DNA from: a candidate division WOR-3 bacterium UBA1063
GTDB taxonomy: Bacteria; Hydrothermota; Hydrothermia; UBA1063
Direction: 5' to 3'
DNA: 64,000 bases
NCBI GenBank assembly: GCA_002316275.1
Contig: DCDE01000035.1
Coordinates: 1,661-65,660 of the forward strand
The translations under genes were made by a program, and so were the position numbers. The notes under the pieces were generated by a model that saw nothing but the letters and a program-made list of their open reading frames with translations, did no database searches and was not told the DNA's origin. Shown here one piece after another: positions 1 through 10,385 of the stretch. The stretch's first letter is position 1, and every line of letters begins with the position of its first letter.

Positions 1-123
1 AGATTTTATATTCCACTTCTCTTTGAGCTTTATTTCAACGTCCTCAATAGTCACGGAATTCCTTTCTTTAATAAACTCAAGATAATCTTTTTGGGTAATT
101 TCTCTCATACTATGATTATTCAT
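1..123 (-). CDS. hypothetical protein, N-terminal part only (gene runs off left edge of window)
   Basis: Reverse-complement of 1..123 reads ATG-initiated MNNHSMREITQKDYLEFIKERNSVTIEDVEIKLKEKWNIKS... with no stop before the window edge. No recognisable domain. Confidence 0.3.
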   Translation of the reverse strand, partial: MNNHSMREITQKDYLEFIKERNSVTIEDVEIKLKEKWNIKS

Positions 124-362
124 TATATACTCTCTTTACCAATTTCAAAAGGCGGAGCAGTCCTTAATTTAAGATGTCCCTCCGAAGGACATTATACTAT
201 TAACTATGAAGTCGAGAACGATATTTTTCGTATCTCACGCACAGCTATTATCATCCTGCATAGTTTGCCTTCTCTCGCTCTCCCTCGTTCACAAGATCAG
301 GGATGGCAAAAACACAAGCCCTTACGTCAATAATAATATCGTTTTCCATAAAAGGAGAGGCT

Positions 363-1136
363 ATGAACAAACCTGACATTACCTGTGTCATTATCACTCT
401 TAACGAAGAGCCAAATATAGCAAGGGCAATTCTAAGTGCTAAACCCGTATCAAAAGAGATTCTCGTAGTCGATTCAGGCAGCACTGATCAAACGGTGACT
501 GTTGCGGAAAACTTAGGAGCTCGCTCTCTATTTAGAGAGTTTACAAACTATGCAGAACAGAGAAACTTCGGTCTCTCTCACGTAAAAACCGAATGGGTAC
601 TCTTTCTTGACGCTGACGAAGAGCTGTCTAAGTGCTTGCAAGAAGAAATCCTCGCATGTTTTACAAACGGCGCAGTAAATTGTAACGGGTTCTTAATACC
701 CAGAAAAAACTGGTATCTGGGCGATTTCCTAAGATGCTGGGCGCCTGACCGATTGCTCCGCCTCTTTAAGACCGAAAAAGGAAGATGGACAGGAATGGTC
801 CATGAGAAAGTCGAACTAAAAGGGCGTGTGTGCACTATGAGAAATCCCATACTCCACTACCCATTCAGAGACCTCTATCACCAGTACTCAAAAAACTTAA
901 AGTACGCGCAGATGCTTGCACAGGAAAAGGACAAGAAAGGAGAAAAATTTAGACTATTTGACATCACCCTTAGGCCCATCTTAAACTTCCTGAAACATTA
1001 TGTTTTTAAAGGTTGCATTTTTGATGGCATTCGAGGGCTCATCTTTTCCCTATTTTACCTGCAGTACACCATACAAAAATACTCACTCCTCTTTGAGAGG
1101 AAACAAATTACAAAAAAGAATTTTAGAGAAAATTAA
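363..1136 (+). CDS. family 2 glycosyltransferase (LPS/cell-envelope type)
   Basis: ORF 303..1136 trimmed to internal ATG at 363, preceded by AAAGGAGAGG SD. N-terminal ITCVIITLNEEPNI...VVDSGSTD nucleotide-sugar binding region and FLDADEE DxD motif typical of GT2. Confidence 0.7.
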   Translation: MNKPDITCVIITLNEEPNIARAILSAKPVSKEILVVDSGSTDQTVTVAENLGARSLFREFTNYAEQRNFGLSHVKTEWVLFLDADEELSKCLQEEILACFTNGAVNCNGFLIPRKNWYLGDFLRCWAPDRLLRLFKTEKGRWTGMVHEKVELKGRVCTMRNPILHYPFRDLYHQYSKNLKYAQMLAQEKDKKGEKFRLFDITLRPILNFLKHYVFKGCIFDGIRGLIFSLFYLQYTIQKYSLLFERKQITKKNFREN

Positions 1137-2593
1137 AATAAAGGGATCTTCTGGAGAAAGATCTCATCACCATCATTTAGCACGGCAAAGTAGATTCCAC
1201 TGGCTTGCAGTTCCGTATTCCATACAATCTTTTCCACGCCGTTAAGCTCCTTGCTCCACGTTTTGACCAATCTACCTGAACAGTCTAAAATATCAAGCCT
1301 CGCTCCCTTAGAAAAATTTTCGCGCAGTTCGAATTCAATAGAATTCACTCGATAATTAATCTTGATACGGGATCCAAAATCTGTACTTCTCTCACTTACC
1401 CCGGTAATTTTCACCAACAATGTTTCAGGGGCATTCTCAATGGTAATATCACTAATGACTAACGGTTCGTATCCCTCTTTGATGATTTCAAAAGAGTATG
1501 TCCCTGGGAGTAATATCTTTCTAAAGGTCCCGGAGAGGGAATCGGACATCCTAGGAGGAAGGGATGGATCATAGTGTCCCAATACCCTGACTTCAGCCGC
1601 AATGGGTATCAAACTTGCTGAATCAACTATCTGTAGAACAACACCGGGGCCATATACCCTGTTGATAAAATAAATAATACCATTGAATACCCTCTCGCAA
1701 ATGCTGTCCACCATATAACCTGGAGGTGTACATCCCTTGGAAATTTCAATAGTGTAAGCATAAGTGCCAAGAGTTGCGTAAAGCCAGTTCCTAAAATTCC
1801 CCTCAGTTGCAACTCCGTATATTGATGTGTATACCCCACTGCCAGCATCATTGATTATAGAAGAGGCGAGACTATCAGCAACTGACCTTACAAAAGGATA
1901 ATCCACACAAAAATCTCCGCCCCACCTCCACGGGTAATACACAACCTCGCCCTGGCCTGTTCTAGCACTGTGAAAATCAATAGCCATAAGGAAATGCTCC
2001 CTCAGTGAAAGGTCCCTCACTGCCTGAGTTTCATTCTCCGAGAAAGGGGCACTTCCCTTGTAATATTCTGAAGAAGGATCATCATTACCGCCTGTGTACC
2101 AGTTGAAAGAGTAATTTCTGTTCAAATCTACTCCATCATAATCGAGGTCAAAAAGACCATTATTGTTGTTGTCCCTCAGATTTTTCCTCCAGGTGGTATC
2201 TATACCCGAAGTAACAATTCCATGACCGTCTGGGTTAAGAATAGGCACAAACCAGAGATTGAGCGTATTTATACAGTGGGTGATCAGAGAATCCTTTCCA
2301 TAATCCTGGAGAAGTCTCTCAATAATAAAAAAACTTAGTTCACATCCCAAAACCTCCTCTGCATGGTGTACCCCAACAAAAAGGAGTGAGGGCTCATCTT
2401 CTCTCACATTAGGGTAATCTGAGATTTTCATTGCCAATATGGGAAAGTTATTCCAAGTAGTAAATCCTATGGTTTCAACTTTTGTAATCTCAGGATATAT
2501 AAGTGAAAGAGACTCTACTTCCGCTACCACTCTTTCATAGGTATGATACCTTGGGTCAAGGCCAAGAAGTGTTAAAATTAGAAGGAGATGCAT
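1133..2593 (-). CDS. M14 zinc carboxypeptidase with T9SS C-terminal sorting domain
   Basis: Signal peptide MHLLLILTLLG. Zn-binding HxxE motif (GVHHAEEVLG) and DLNRNYSFNW substrate-binding motif of M14. C-terminal ~80 aa has T9SS CTD pattern (LDILDCSGRLV...ASGIYFAVLNDGDEIFLQKIPLF). Confidence 0.75.
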   Translation of the reverse strand: MHLLLILTLLGLDPRYHTYERVVAEVESLSLIYPEITKVETIGFTTWNNFPILAMKISDYPNVREDEPSLLFVGVHHAEEVLGCELSFFIIERLLQDYGKDSLITHCINTLNLWFVPILNPDGHGIVTSGIDTTWRKNLRDNNNNGLFDLDYDGVDLNRNYSFNWYTGGNDDPSSEYYKGSAPFSENETQAVRDLSLREHFLMAIDFHSARTGQGEVVYYPWRWGGDFCVDYPFVRSVADSLASSIINDAGSGVYTSIYGVATEGNFRNWLYATLGTYAYTIEISKGCTPPGYMVDSICERVFNGIIYFINRVYGPGVVLQIVDSASLIPIAAEVRVLGHYDPSLPPRMSDSLSGTFRKILLPGTYSFEIIKEGYEPLVISDITIENAPETLLVKITGVSERSTDFGSRIKINYRVNSIEFELRENFSKGARLDILDCSGRLVKTWSKELNGVEKIVWNTELQASGIYFAVLNDGDEIFLQKIPLF

Positions 2594-2597
2594 CCTA

Positions 2598-5500
2598 TTA
2601 CCTCACCTTAATAATCCTCTCAACCTTCTGAAAACTGCCTGTCTTAATCCAAACAAAGTAAATACCCGAAGGTAGGATCTGTCCATGCTGATCACTCCCA
2701 TTCCAATAAAAAGAAGAAGGAGAAGACCTGCTACTGAAAGATTTCACTTGCCTACCAGTGGCATCAAAGATTCTTACATCAACTTCATCTCCACCACTCC
2801 CTGATCGCACGACAATGTTAAATTTATTGGAGAAAGGATTAGGATACATTTTTACTGAGGGCATAAGGGATGCTGCATCGTTCACGGAAGCAGATGGAAC
2901 AATCTCAATGTTTAAGTATCCAAACCCTTCATAGCTTCCTCCATTTCCCGTCATATGAAGCATGAAACCTGTAAAACCGGGGACAGCACTTGAATTTATC
3001 TGGAATATGTATGGATCATCGTAATTGCTTATTTCTTCCCCTATACCAAGGTAGTCGAATTCGGCGATACTATCGAGAACTGAGATATATGGCTCACATG
3101 CCCTCAAAACCGATGTCAAAGCAGTAATGTCGCTGGCACCAGAGTTGGAAAGAGTTACGATAAGTGAAACTGTTTCACCGGGCTCGGGGCTACCGTTGCC
3201 ATTACCAAAGGAAGAATCATCGATATTCCAGCCCGTTACCTCCACCCATGGACTTGTTATTCTTATTGGAATTTTCGTTGTAATTAGCAATGCCCTACCC
3301 GCTGTGAGATTTGAAGCATTTCTCGCATAAACATTATTGCACAGGTATTGCAACCCCCTCGTTTCGGTATGATCTTCAATACCAATGGTACAGCTGGATG
3401 CATTTGAGACTGTATTGTAAAGGAACAATATCTCTCCATCCCCTGTGGGAGTCGGGTAATATGCAGGGTCCAGCAAAACAATCTGAAAGGTTTCCCTTAT
3501 ACTGGGCTGTTCATAATGGGCACACTGATAGTATTCTATGATGAATCTGTGATTCTGCGAATCGTAGTACTGGTAGACGTCCCCATATAGATAGGGATTG
3601 ATGTCATCCCAGAAAGGAGCGATAAGACGCTTTGGGCCCCCACTCGCCGGTATCGCCCCATTTGATCCGAATCTATGCGTGGATGTACCCATTTCCACAA
3701 ATCCATTAGAACATACACCTATTGAGGTATAGTTGATCCCATAGAACTTGAAAGTAAATGGAAGCGAAATGGTCTCCGTATCGGCATCAGCATTTGTAAC
3801 CCTTGTTATGGTCGTTCCGCATCCAGCTATTTCAAACCATTGGTAAACTGGAGCATAACCGCTAAGAGTATCTGTATTATCATAAATGTAATAGCCATAA
3901 GGGTCGGGGCCCGTTTCGCCAGATGATGGAAAATTAAAATAAACAGAGACATTATAGGACCAACAGTTGTTTAACGAATCATTGAGCACCAGATTAAAGT
4001 TTACAACAGTGTTATTCCCCGCCTGGGGTGAAATGGAGGCTACATATGGTTTCAAATTACTCGCAGAATCCCCCGGAAGAATATCTCCGAATTCGGAAAT
4101 GCTATCACTGATAAATACCGTACTGTCAGATGTAGAAATAACACCCGTAACACCGTACGCTGTAGCCTGGCCAATATTCACAAGATTTGTCCATAAGAGG
4201 AAACTTTCCCCCGGGTCAATGGTTCCATTTCCATCACCAATCTCCTCAAATTCACGAGAATAAACAACTATATAAGGGTCACCTTGCGGTAATATGGGAA
4301 TTGAATCCTCATAAGGATGCAGATTCCTCCCTGTAATAGTAATGTAAAGATAACCGGCGTCACACGGACTTATGCTAAATGATACGGTGCCATTATCTTC
4401 TGTATAACCAGTTAAGTAAATGAGCGTATCCCTCATAACACAAACATAGGCCGATTCTACAGGTGCTGAATTATGCGTAATCGTAAGGGTAAGAGTATCT
4501 TCGCTGCCACATTCAGGCAGCGAGGAATAAGCGACCTCTAAACTTCTTGGCACGCCCGTCCATATCTGCATTGTGGGATCCCCCAATGCATGAAACCCAT
4601 AATAGTCTTCATCACCTGGATAGGCGGCGTACAACTTAAGTCTTGCTTCTTCACAAGCATCTCCGAAGGTATTTACGCCACCGAAAACAGAGCCAAAGAA
4701 AACTCTTGCTATCACGCTCCTATATTGAGCAGCAGATGTTCTTGTCGTTGTAGTAGCAAAATAGGCTGCTGCACCCCGTGGTGAGGTTGGAGTGCCTGTA
4801 AGAAGCCACATCTCTGCTGTACACGGGTTTCCAGAGGTACCGATAGTCCTACAGGTTGCGGAAACCACAATGGGCATCTTAGGTCCATTGGATAGATTGT
4901 CAGGCACAACATCAAATGGTGACCACCAGTTGTTAACACCAGATCCTCTATATAGAACGAAGCTCCTACCATCATTGACACGATTCATTACAGTGGTTGA
5001 ATTGTCTCCGAATGCATCACAAAGGGTATCGACAAGGATGTAGCCGGCTTCTAACATACACGCTTTTGCATACCTGGCATCATCCCAATAAATTGCATCA
5101 TCAGATGGATCATAGTCTAAATTTACTATTGTAGTACCCTTTAAAAACCATGTGGTATCCTGCATATAAGGTGTCCTCTCGTAAAGGAGGATCTTGTTCA
5201 CTACCGTCTGCATTTGAGTGAGATTCGAAGCAGTGATTCTACCAGAGATAATTTCATTGAAGAGATCTCCGTCCATGTTCGTGTAGTAATTATCACTCAT
5301 AATATTATTTACATACTGAAATGGAATAAGGTTAGGACCTCCAGCAATGAGAAGATAGTGGGGTCTAATCTGCCAAGTATTGTAAGCATTCAAAATGTAA
5401 TTTTTGATTTGAGTTGCACTGGTACCGGTCTCCGAAGTCTTGACAACCTTTGTGGTAATCCCCTTTTTCACTTTCCACTGCGCCAGAGGCATTACGGCGT

Positions 5501-5606
5501 CGTAGAAAGCGTCAGGGGTAATGATCAGATATTCAGCACCCCTCTCTTGTGCAAAGAGGAAGGTGGAGAAAAGCAATACGAAAAGTACTCTAAGTACTTT
5601 TTTCAT
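2598..5606 (-). CDS. peptidase C25 (gingipain family)-like secreted protein with CARDB-like domains and T9SS CTD
   Basis: Signal peptide. Gingipain-like region (YNTWQIRPHYLLIAGGPNLIPFQYV...PIVVSATCRTIG with conserved Cys). CARDB-like modules (GNGNGSPEPGETVSLIVTLSNSG, GDGNGTIDPGESFLLWTNLVNIG). C-terminal CTD (VRIFDATGRQV...GIYFVWIKTGSFQKVERIIKVR). Confidence 0.65.
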   Translation of the reverse strand: MKKVLRVLFVLLFSTFLFAQERGAEYLIITPDAFYDAVMPLAQWKVKKGITTKVVKTSETGTSATQIKNYILNAYNTWQIRPHYLLIAGGPNLIPFQYVNNIMSDNYYTNMDGDLFNEIISGRITASNLTQMQTVVNKILLYERTPYMQDTTWFLKGTTIVNLDYDPSDDAIYWDDARYAKACMLEAGYILVDTLCDAFGDNSTTVMNRVNDGRSFVLYRGSGVNNWWSPFDVVPDNLSNGPKMPIVVSATCRTIGTSGNPCTAEMWLLTGTPTSPRGAAAYFATTTTRTSAAQYRSVIARVFFGSVFGGVNTFGDACEEARLKLYAAYPGDEDYYGFHALGDPTMQIWTGVPRSLEVAYSSLPECGSEDTLTLTITHNSAPVESAYVCVMRDTLIYLTGYTEDNGTVSFSISPCDAGYLYITITGRNLHPYEDSIPILPQGDPYIVVYSREFEEIGDGNGTIDPGESFLLWTNLVNIGQATAYGVTGVISTSDSTVFISDSISEFGDILPGDSASNLKPYVASISPQAGNNTVVNFNLVLNDSLNNCWSYNVSVYFNFPSSGETGPDPYGYYIYDNTDTLSGYAPVYQWFEIAGCGTTITRVTNADADTETISLPFTFKFYGINYTSIGVCSNGFVEMGTSTHRFGSNGAIPASGGPKRLIAPFWDDINPYLYGDVYQYYDSQNHRFIIEYYQCAHYEQPSIRETFQIVLLDPAYYPTPTGDGEILFLYNTVSNASSCTIGIEDHTETRGLQYLCNNVYARNASNLTAGRALLITTKIPIRITSPWVEVTGWNIDDSSFGNGNGSPEPGETVSLIVTLSNSGASDITALTSVLRACEPYISVLDSIAEFDYLGIGEEISNYDDPYIFQINSSAVPGFTGFMLHMTGNGGSYEGFGYLNIEIVPSASVNDAASLMPSVKMYPNPFSNKFNIVVRSGSGGDEVDVRIFDATGRQVKSFSSRSSPSSFYWNGSDQHGQILPSGIYFVWIKTGSFQKVERIIKVR

Positions 5607-5692
5607 TTTCCCTCCGTATGGCGTTAAGTATACATCTTAATGTGAAAAAAAATGCACAATGAAACATCGGCTAAACTGTTAGAGGAAAGAAT

Positions 5693-6940
5693 CTAATTTA
5701 CTATCAAAAGCTCCGCTGGGATTAATTTTCCTTCACTTTCTACCAAAAGATAGTAAATACCACTTGGAAGCGGGCTCCCTGAATCACTCTTACCATCCCA
5801 AGAGATAGAAATTTCATTCTGAAAAGTAATATCCTCCCACCTCTTAACTTTACGACCTGTTATGTCAGTGAGACTCAAAGATACTCTCACGGTATACTCA
5901 TTACGCGACTTCAAAAAAAATGTATACTCATTTCCACCAAAAATAGTTTTAATTGTGAGTGTCACAGGTCCTTCATTTGGTTCCTCCGCAATGCCGGCAA
6001 TAACACCATCGTTCCACGTCTCACCCCCATCAAGTGTATATATGACATGATTATATCCGCATGCGATGCCGTGAAGCTCATCACTAAAATCTACATCAAA
6101 AAGAGTAGAATCTTGAGGGCTATTTTGCCTAGTCCAGGTCAAACCCCCGTCTTCGGTATAGAGAATTGTCCCTGTTCGTCCTACTGCCCATCCCTTGTTC
6201 CCGATGAATTCCAGTGCCCTCAGATACTTTGTATTCTCAGGAATCGCTGTGATAGAATCCCAAGTACTTCCTCCATTAGTGCTCCTCAAAATGATCGGTT
6301 CCAGCGTCTGATCATTTCCACCAACCACCACAATTACGTTTTCGTTAATTGCATGTACATCAAGGTAATCTTCATAACCCGTTGATTGATAAAGACTACT
6401 GCAGTTCTCTCCCCCATCTACGCTCTTTACAATATAGCCCTGCCCTGTATCACAACTATCAGGCCATCCTGCAACGGCATAAACCGTAAGGGTATCAGCA
6501 AAAGTAACTCCATAATACTCAGCGAGATAGTAAGGGGTAAAATATTGATCCCAATACTCCCCGCCGTTCCTGGTTCTCGCAATGACTCCGTCTCCGCCCA
6601 CAGCCCAACCATACAAACTATCAAGAAATTCAATCCTCGTTAGATATTTTGAAACACCAGTAACTTGCAATTCCCAAGTACCGCCACCATCCCGAGAGTG
6701 CATAATCTCTCCAAGGACACCGCAGGTCCATACCTTTTCTCCATCAGTGCAGCAAACATCAAAGAACCTTCTCGATGCAGTAGTTGAAATCTGATGCCAT
6801 ATAGCTCCGCCATCGGTCGTCTTTAAGACCATTATCGAATCCAGAGTAACCACATACCCTGTCAGGCCATCAGGTGCCAGTGCACAGCCGTGAAAATTTG
6901 AAAATGAAAGCACCTCTAAAAGCAACATTATACTACTCAT
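5693..6940 (-). CDS. BNR/Asp-box repeat beta-propeller protein (Ycf48/sialidase-like) with T9SS CTD
   Basis: At least seven S/T-x-D-G-G-x-T-W Asp-box repeats (TTDGGAIWH, SRDGGGTWE, TRNGGEYWD, STNGGSTWD, TEDGGLTWT, TLDGGETWN). C-terminal CTD (LTDITGRKV...SGIYYLLVESEGKLIPAELLIVN). Confidence 0.7.
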   Translation of the reverse strand: MSSIMLLLEVLSFSNFHGCALAPDGLTGYVVTLDSIMVLKTTDGGAIWHQISTTASRRFFDVCCTDGEKVWTCGVLGEIMHSRDGGGTWELQVTGVSKYLTRIEFLDSLYGWAVGGDGVIARTRNGGEYWDQYFTPYYLAEYYGVTFADTLTVYAVAGWPDSCDTGQGYIVKSVDGGENCSSLYQSTGYEDYLDVHAINENVIVVVGGNDQTLEPIILRSTNGGSTWDSITAIPENTKYLRALEFIGNKGWAVGRTGTILYTEDGGLTWTRQNSPQDSTLFDVDFSDELHGIACGYNHVIYTLDGGETWNDGVIAGIAEEPNEGPVTLTIKTIFGGNEYTFFLKSRNEYTVRVSLSLTDITGRKVKRWEDITFQNEISISWDGKSDSGSPLPSGIYYLLVESEGKLIPAELLIVN

Positions 6941-6950
6941 ACAACCTCCT

Positions 6951-9900
6951 TCAGTCCACTTTAATAACCTTCTTTAACTCACGATACTCCTCACCCTTAA
7001 TTTCAACAAAATAAATGCCAGAGGGTATATCACTACATTCCCATCGAATTTCATAAACCCCGACACCAGCTTTCGTATAAAGTTTTGGAACATCAAAATA
7101 AACCCGGCCCACGACATCGTATATCTTTACACCCGGGAAACTACTGTCCGGTAGCACTCCCCCGATGGTTATGTAAAGTACATCCCTCACGGGATTGGGT
7201 GCAACAGAGAAAGTCCGTTCAAAACCACGTTCTACAATGTCTGAGAGAGAATCGGGAGGATTCGTAGTAACCTTTATTGCCCTTCCATTTATAATTGGTG
7301 CACAGGCTAAAGGATAAACGTCGTTGTACGCGTAAAGGAGTCCTATATCTCTTGTCTGATTCTGTATTCCACAGGTTGCATAATAGTGCCAATAGTCATC
7401 GTTATTTATATTTTTGTATTGGAAAACAATAACCCCATCCCCACTTACCGTCTGATGATGAGATGGGTCATATAAGACAAGCTGAAAAGTCTGTTTTTCA
7501 CCAATCTGAGGCGATGTAGGATTGTGAATATGCGGAACTCCCGACCATTCAACAATAAAACGCAGGTTCTGTGCGTCGAAGTAATAACAGACCTTTCCAC
7601 CCGCTGATGCATCAAAGTAATCCCAGAAGGGTGCAACAATTGCTCCGGGGGCACTTAAGGATGGTAGTGTCCAGTTGTATATTTCTGAGTAATTCCAGGA
7701 ACCCATAACAATATATCCATTTTCACAAACCGAAACGGAATTGTAATCCCTACCATAAAATTTAAATGAGAATGGAAGTGAAACCGTAGCTATACCATCT
7801 GTAAAATGTACAATTGATCCACTCCCGCCAGAATCTGGGTCGATTTCAATCCATTGATAAACCGGGGCTTCTGGATGTGCATCAGAATTGTCATAAGCAA
7901 AATATCCATACCCATCAGGTCCATAAGGAGCATTTTGTGTAGGGATTCCAATTTCAATCTGAAAAGCAACAACTTGAGTCCAGGCGTTATTGCAGTTAAG
8001 GATCAGCGTAAAAGGTATTTTTCTACCAGGGTATAGTGAAGAAGAAACACTAACCCTGAAGGGGTCAGAAGAGTTAGAAGAAGATCCACTTACTGGTATA
8101 CTTCCGAAAACTCCTATTGAATCAATTATTGTAACGCCCCTATCTTCAGACCGAAGAATACCCGTCACCGTTTCCGCACCCTGACCTCCCGAATCTACTA
8201 GAGAAACAATTAGATTTGCAGTTTCGCCTGGGTCGAAAATCCCATTCCCACCATCGGAAATGGTATATCCAGTGATAGCAAAGTTGGGCGCCTTTACTTC
8301 TACCCAAAAAGACCAGTCGAAATTACCCTGAGAAGAAGAGACCATAGCATCAAACCTGATGCTGCTATTATTCCGTGCATCATTTAAGACACTGAAAGCA
8401 TAGGGCCCACGCTCAACCACCTGACCAGGAGAAATAGAACCAAAACTAAAGACCGAGTCAATGAGACTTACAAGCGGATCCAAAGTCGATATTCTCACCA
8501 CCACATTAGATGCAGAGACCGAATTGCCATAATTTTTCACACTTAAATGCAGATTCAGCGTCTCCCCAGGGTTGACATCTCCATTCCCATTCCCCTGAGA
8601 GTCGTCTATACTATGAGAATAATACCCTGGGTACACCGAAGAATTGGATACCATTGTATAACCGGTGTATGGAATACGATTGGGCGCGGTTACAGTTACA
8701 AAGAGCGTGTCAGAGCTGCCCGTTGTAACCTGGAAATATGCATAGCCACCAGCATCGGTAATACCTACTTCCTTCACCTCATTATATTTGTAAAGACTGA
8801 CCAAAGCTCCCTTAAAAGGTAAGGAATTGTAATCAAGCACCCTAACAGAATATGTACTGACACCCTGCGGACATGATGGAGGATGTATTACAATTAACGT
8901 CTCAGGGACATCTGTCCAAACTTCAAGAGAAGGATCTCCCAGTAAATTGTAAGCGTAGAAATAATAACCTACACTATCAACATAACTGCTACCCTGAAAA
9001 TTCATTATTAATTCCAGCTTGCTCCTAAGCATAAGGGAACCAAGCACATATATTCCCTCCGAAAGAAGCCCACCGTAAAATCCCAGGTCTATACAATTGT
9101 TCCATCTCGAGTGAGTATTGGGTGAGGAAGAACCATAAAATGACACTGCACCCTTCGGATTAAGAGTATCACCAGCGGTAATCCATTTTCTTCCAAAACA
9201 GGCAGGATTATGATATGCGCCGGTATTACATACAATACTAGTTACTACAGGTAACTTCCAGCCGTTTGACAATTCTTCAATGTTACTAACCATAAAGGAT
9301 GGATAGTACCATCCCGCGTAGTTTGCATTCCCACCCCGATAGTTCACAAATGCTACACCACGATTCACAGAAGCAATTATGTCAGATGCAACTGGATGAT
9401 GAATGCTATCATAAAACATCGTGTCAATTTTAGTGTATCCAAAATCCAGCATTTCAGCCCCTATTCTCCTCTTGACCTTGATGGGGGTTGTCATCTGATC
9501 AGGGGGATAATCAGCTCCTATAAGAAGAGCACTATTTAGCCAAGTCGGATCAGAAGTAAAAGGATTGGCCTCATACTGGATTATTTTCTTAACAACTGTT
9601 CTCAGTTGATTCACGTTTTCAACATCAAGTCTCCCCACGATCATTTCAGGGATATAATCAATATAATCCGTGAGGCCATAAGGTAGATCTGTAGGATTTG
9701 TTTCACCTGGAATAGAAAAATTTGGAACAACTGCAATACCTCCAACCAATAAAACGAACTCTGGACGTGGTTCCATAGTATTCCAACACTGCACTATGGA
9801 ATCTCTAATCTGGTAGTGACTTAATTCTCCTGGATTGAACTTGATGACCCTTACTGAATAACCCTTTTTCTCCTTCCAATCTATTAGAGGGAGAGTTGCG

Positions 9901-10385
9901 CTATAATAATTATCAGGAACAACAAATATAATGCCTCCTGGTAAACAATCCTCCTCAACATAATTTAAAACAATGTTTTTTAATACCATCCTATAGGAAC
10001 GAGATAACCTCGAAAAATCAGGTACACTTGACAGAATCTCAACCTGAACTTTCTTAGCTGACACGATATTTTCCTGCTCCATGAAGACCGAATTTATCGT
10101 CACTGGATAAAAATTCATACCCAAAAGGTTAATAGGTTCACTTATAACAATTCCACATTTTGAACTATTTACATCTCCCATAAAATTCTCTCGTTCCAAA
10201 ATCCTATACGTAACAACAGGTGTCGTAGAAGATGCCACAAGATGCGTAAATGAGGCAGACTCCCCGCTGTCGAATTCCAAGATAAATACATTATCAGTAG
10301 GTGAGCTATATATCTTCTCAACATAAACACTATCGAGAAGTGGGAGCTCGACCTTTAAACATACCAGAAAAAACAGAATCTTCAC
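6951..10385 (-). CDS. peptidase C25 (gingipain family)-like large secreted protein with CARDB-like domains and T9SS CTD; paralog of 2598..5606
   Basis: Signal peptide. C25-like core (FVNYRGGNANYAGW...LPVVTSIVCNTGAYHNPACFG). CARDB-like modules (GNGNGDVNPGETLNLHLSVKNYG, GGNGIFDPGETANLIVSLVDSGG). Module PVYQWIEI...SLPFSFKFYGRDYNSVSVCENGYIVMG shared with the 1002-aa paralog. CTD ending GIYFVEIKGEEYRELKKVIKVD. Confidence 0.65.
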   Translation of the reverse strand: MKILFFLVCLKVELPLLDSVYVEKIYSSPTDNVFILEFDSGESASFTHLVASSTTPVVTYRILERENFMGDVNSSKCGIVISEPINLLGMNFYPVTINSVFMEQENIVSAKKVQVEILSSVPDFSRLSRSYRMVLKNIVLNYVEEDCLPGGIIFVVPDNYYSATLPLIDWKEKKGYSVRVIKFNPGELSHYQIRDSIVQCWNTMEPRPEFVLLVGGIAVVPNFSIPGETNPTDLPYGLTDYIDYIPEMIVGRLDVENVNQLRTVVKKIIQYEANPFTSDPTWLNSALLIGADYPPDQMTTPIKVKRRIGAEMLDFGYTKIDTMFYDSIHHPVASDIIASVNRGVAFVNYRGGNANYAGWYYPSFMVSNIEELSNGWKLPVVTSIVCNTGAYHNPACFGRKWITAGDTLNPKGAVSFYGSSSPNTHSRWNNCIDLGFYGGLLSEGIYVLGSLMLRSKLELIMNFQGSSYVDSVGYYFYAYNLLGDPSLEVWTDVPETLIVIHPPSCPQGVSTYSVRVLDYNSLPFKGALVSLYKYNEVKEVGITDAGGYAYFQVTTGSSDTLFVTVTAPNRIPYTGYTMVSNSSVYPGYYSHSIDDSQGNGNGDVNPGETLNLHLSVKNYGNSVSASNVVVRISTLDPLVSLIDSVFSFGSISPGQVVERGPYAFSVLNDARNNSSIRFDAMVSSSQGNFDWSFWVEVKAPNFAITGYTISDGGNGIFDPGETANLIVSLVDSGGQGAETVTGILRSEDRGVTIIDSIGVFGSIPVSGSSSNSSDPFRVSVSSSLYPGRKIPFTLILNCNNAWTQVVAFQIEIGIPTQNAPYGPDGYGYFAYDNSDAHPEAPVYQWIEIDPDSGGSGSIVHFTDGIATVSLPFSFKFYGRDYNSVSVCENGYIVMGSWNYSEIYNWTLPSLSAPGAIVAPFWDYFDASAGGKVCYYFDAQNLRFIVEWSGVPHIHNPTSPQIGEKQTFQLVLYDPSHHQTVSGDGVIVFQYKNINNDDYWHYYATCGIQNQTRDIGLLYAYNDVYPLACAPIINGRAIKVTTNPPDSLSDIVERGFERTFSVAPNPVRDVLYITIGGVLPDSSFPGVKIYDVVGRVYFDVPKLYTKAGVGVYEIRWECSDIPSGIYFVEIKGEEYRELKKVIKVD

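Noticed and set aside
91-484. Track ORFs 91..333 (+) and 251..484 (-) upstream of, and overlapping, the GT2 gene
   Set aside because: No domain signal. They overlap a well-supported GT2 CDS whose ATG at 363 has a strong SD. Treated as a non-coding leader or shadow ORFs.
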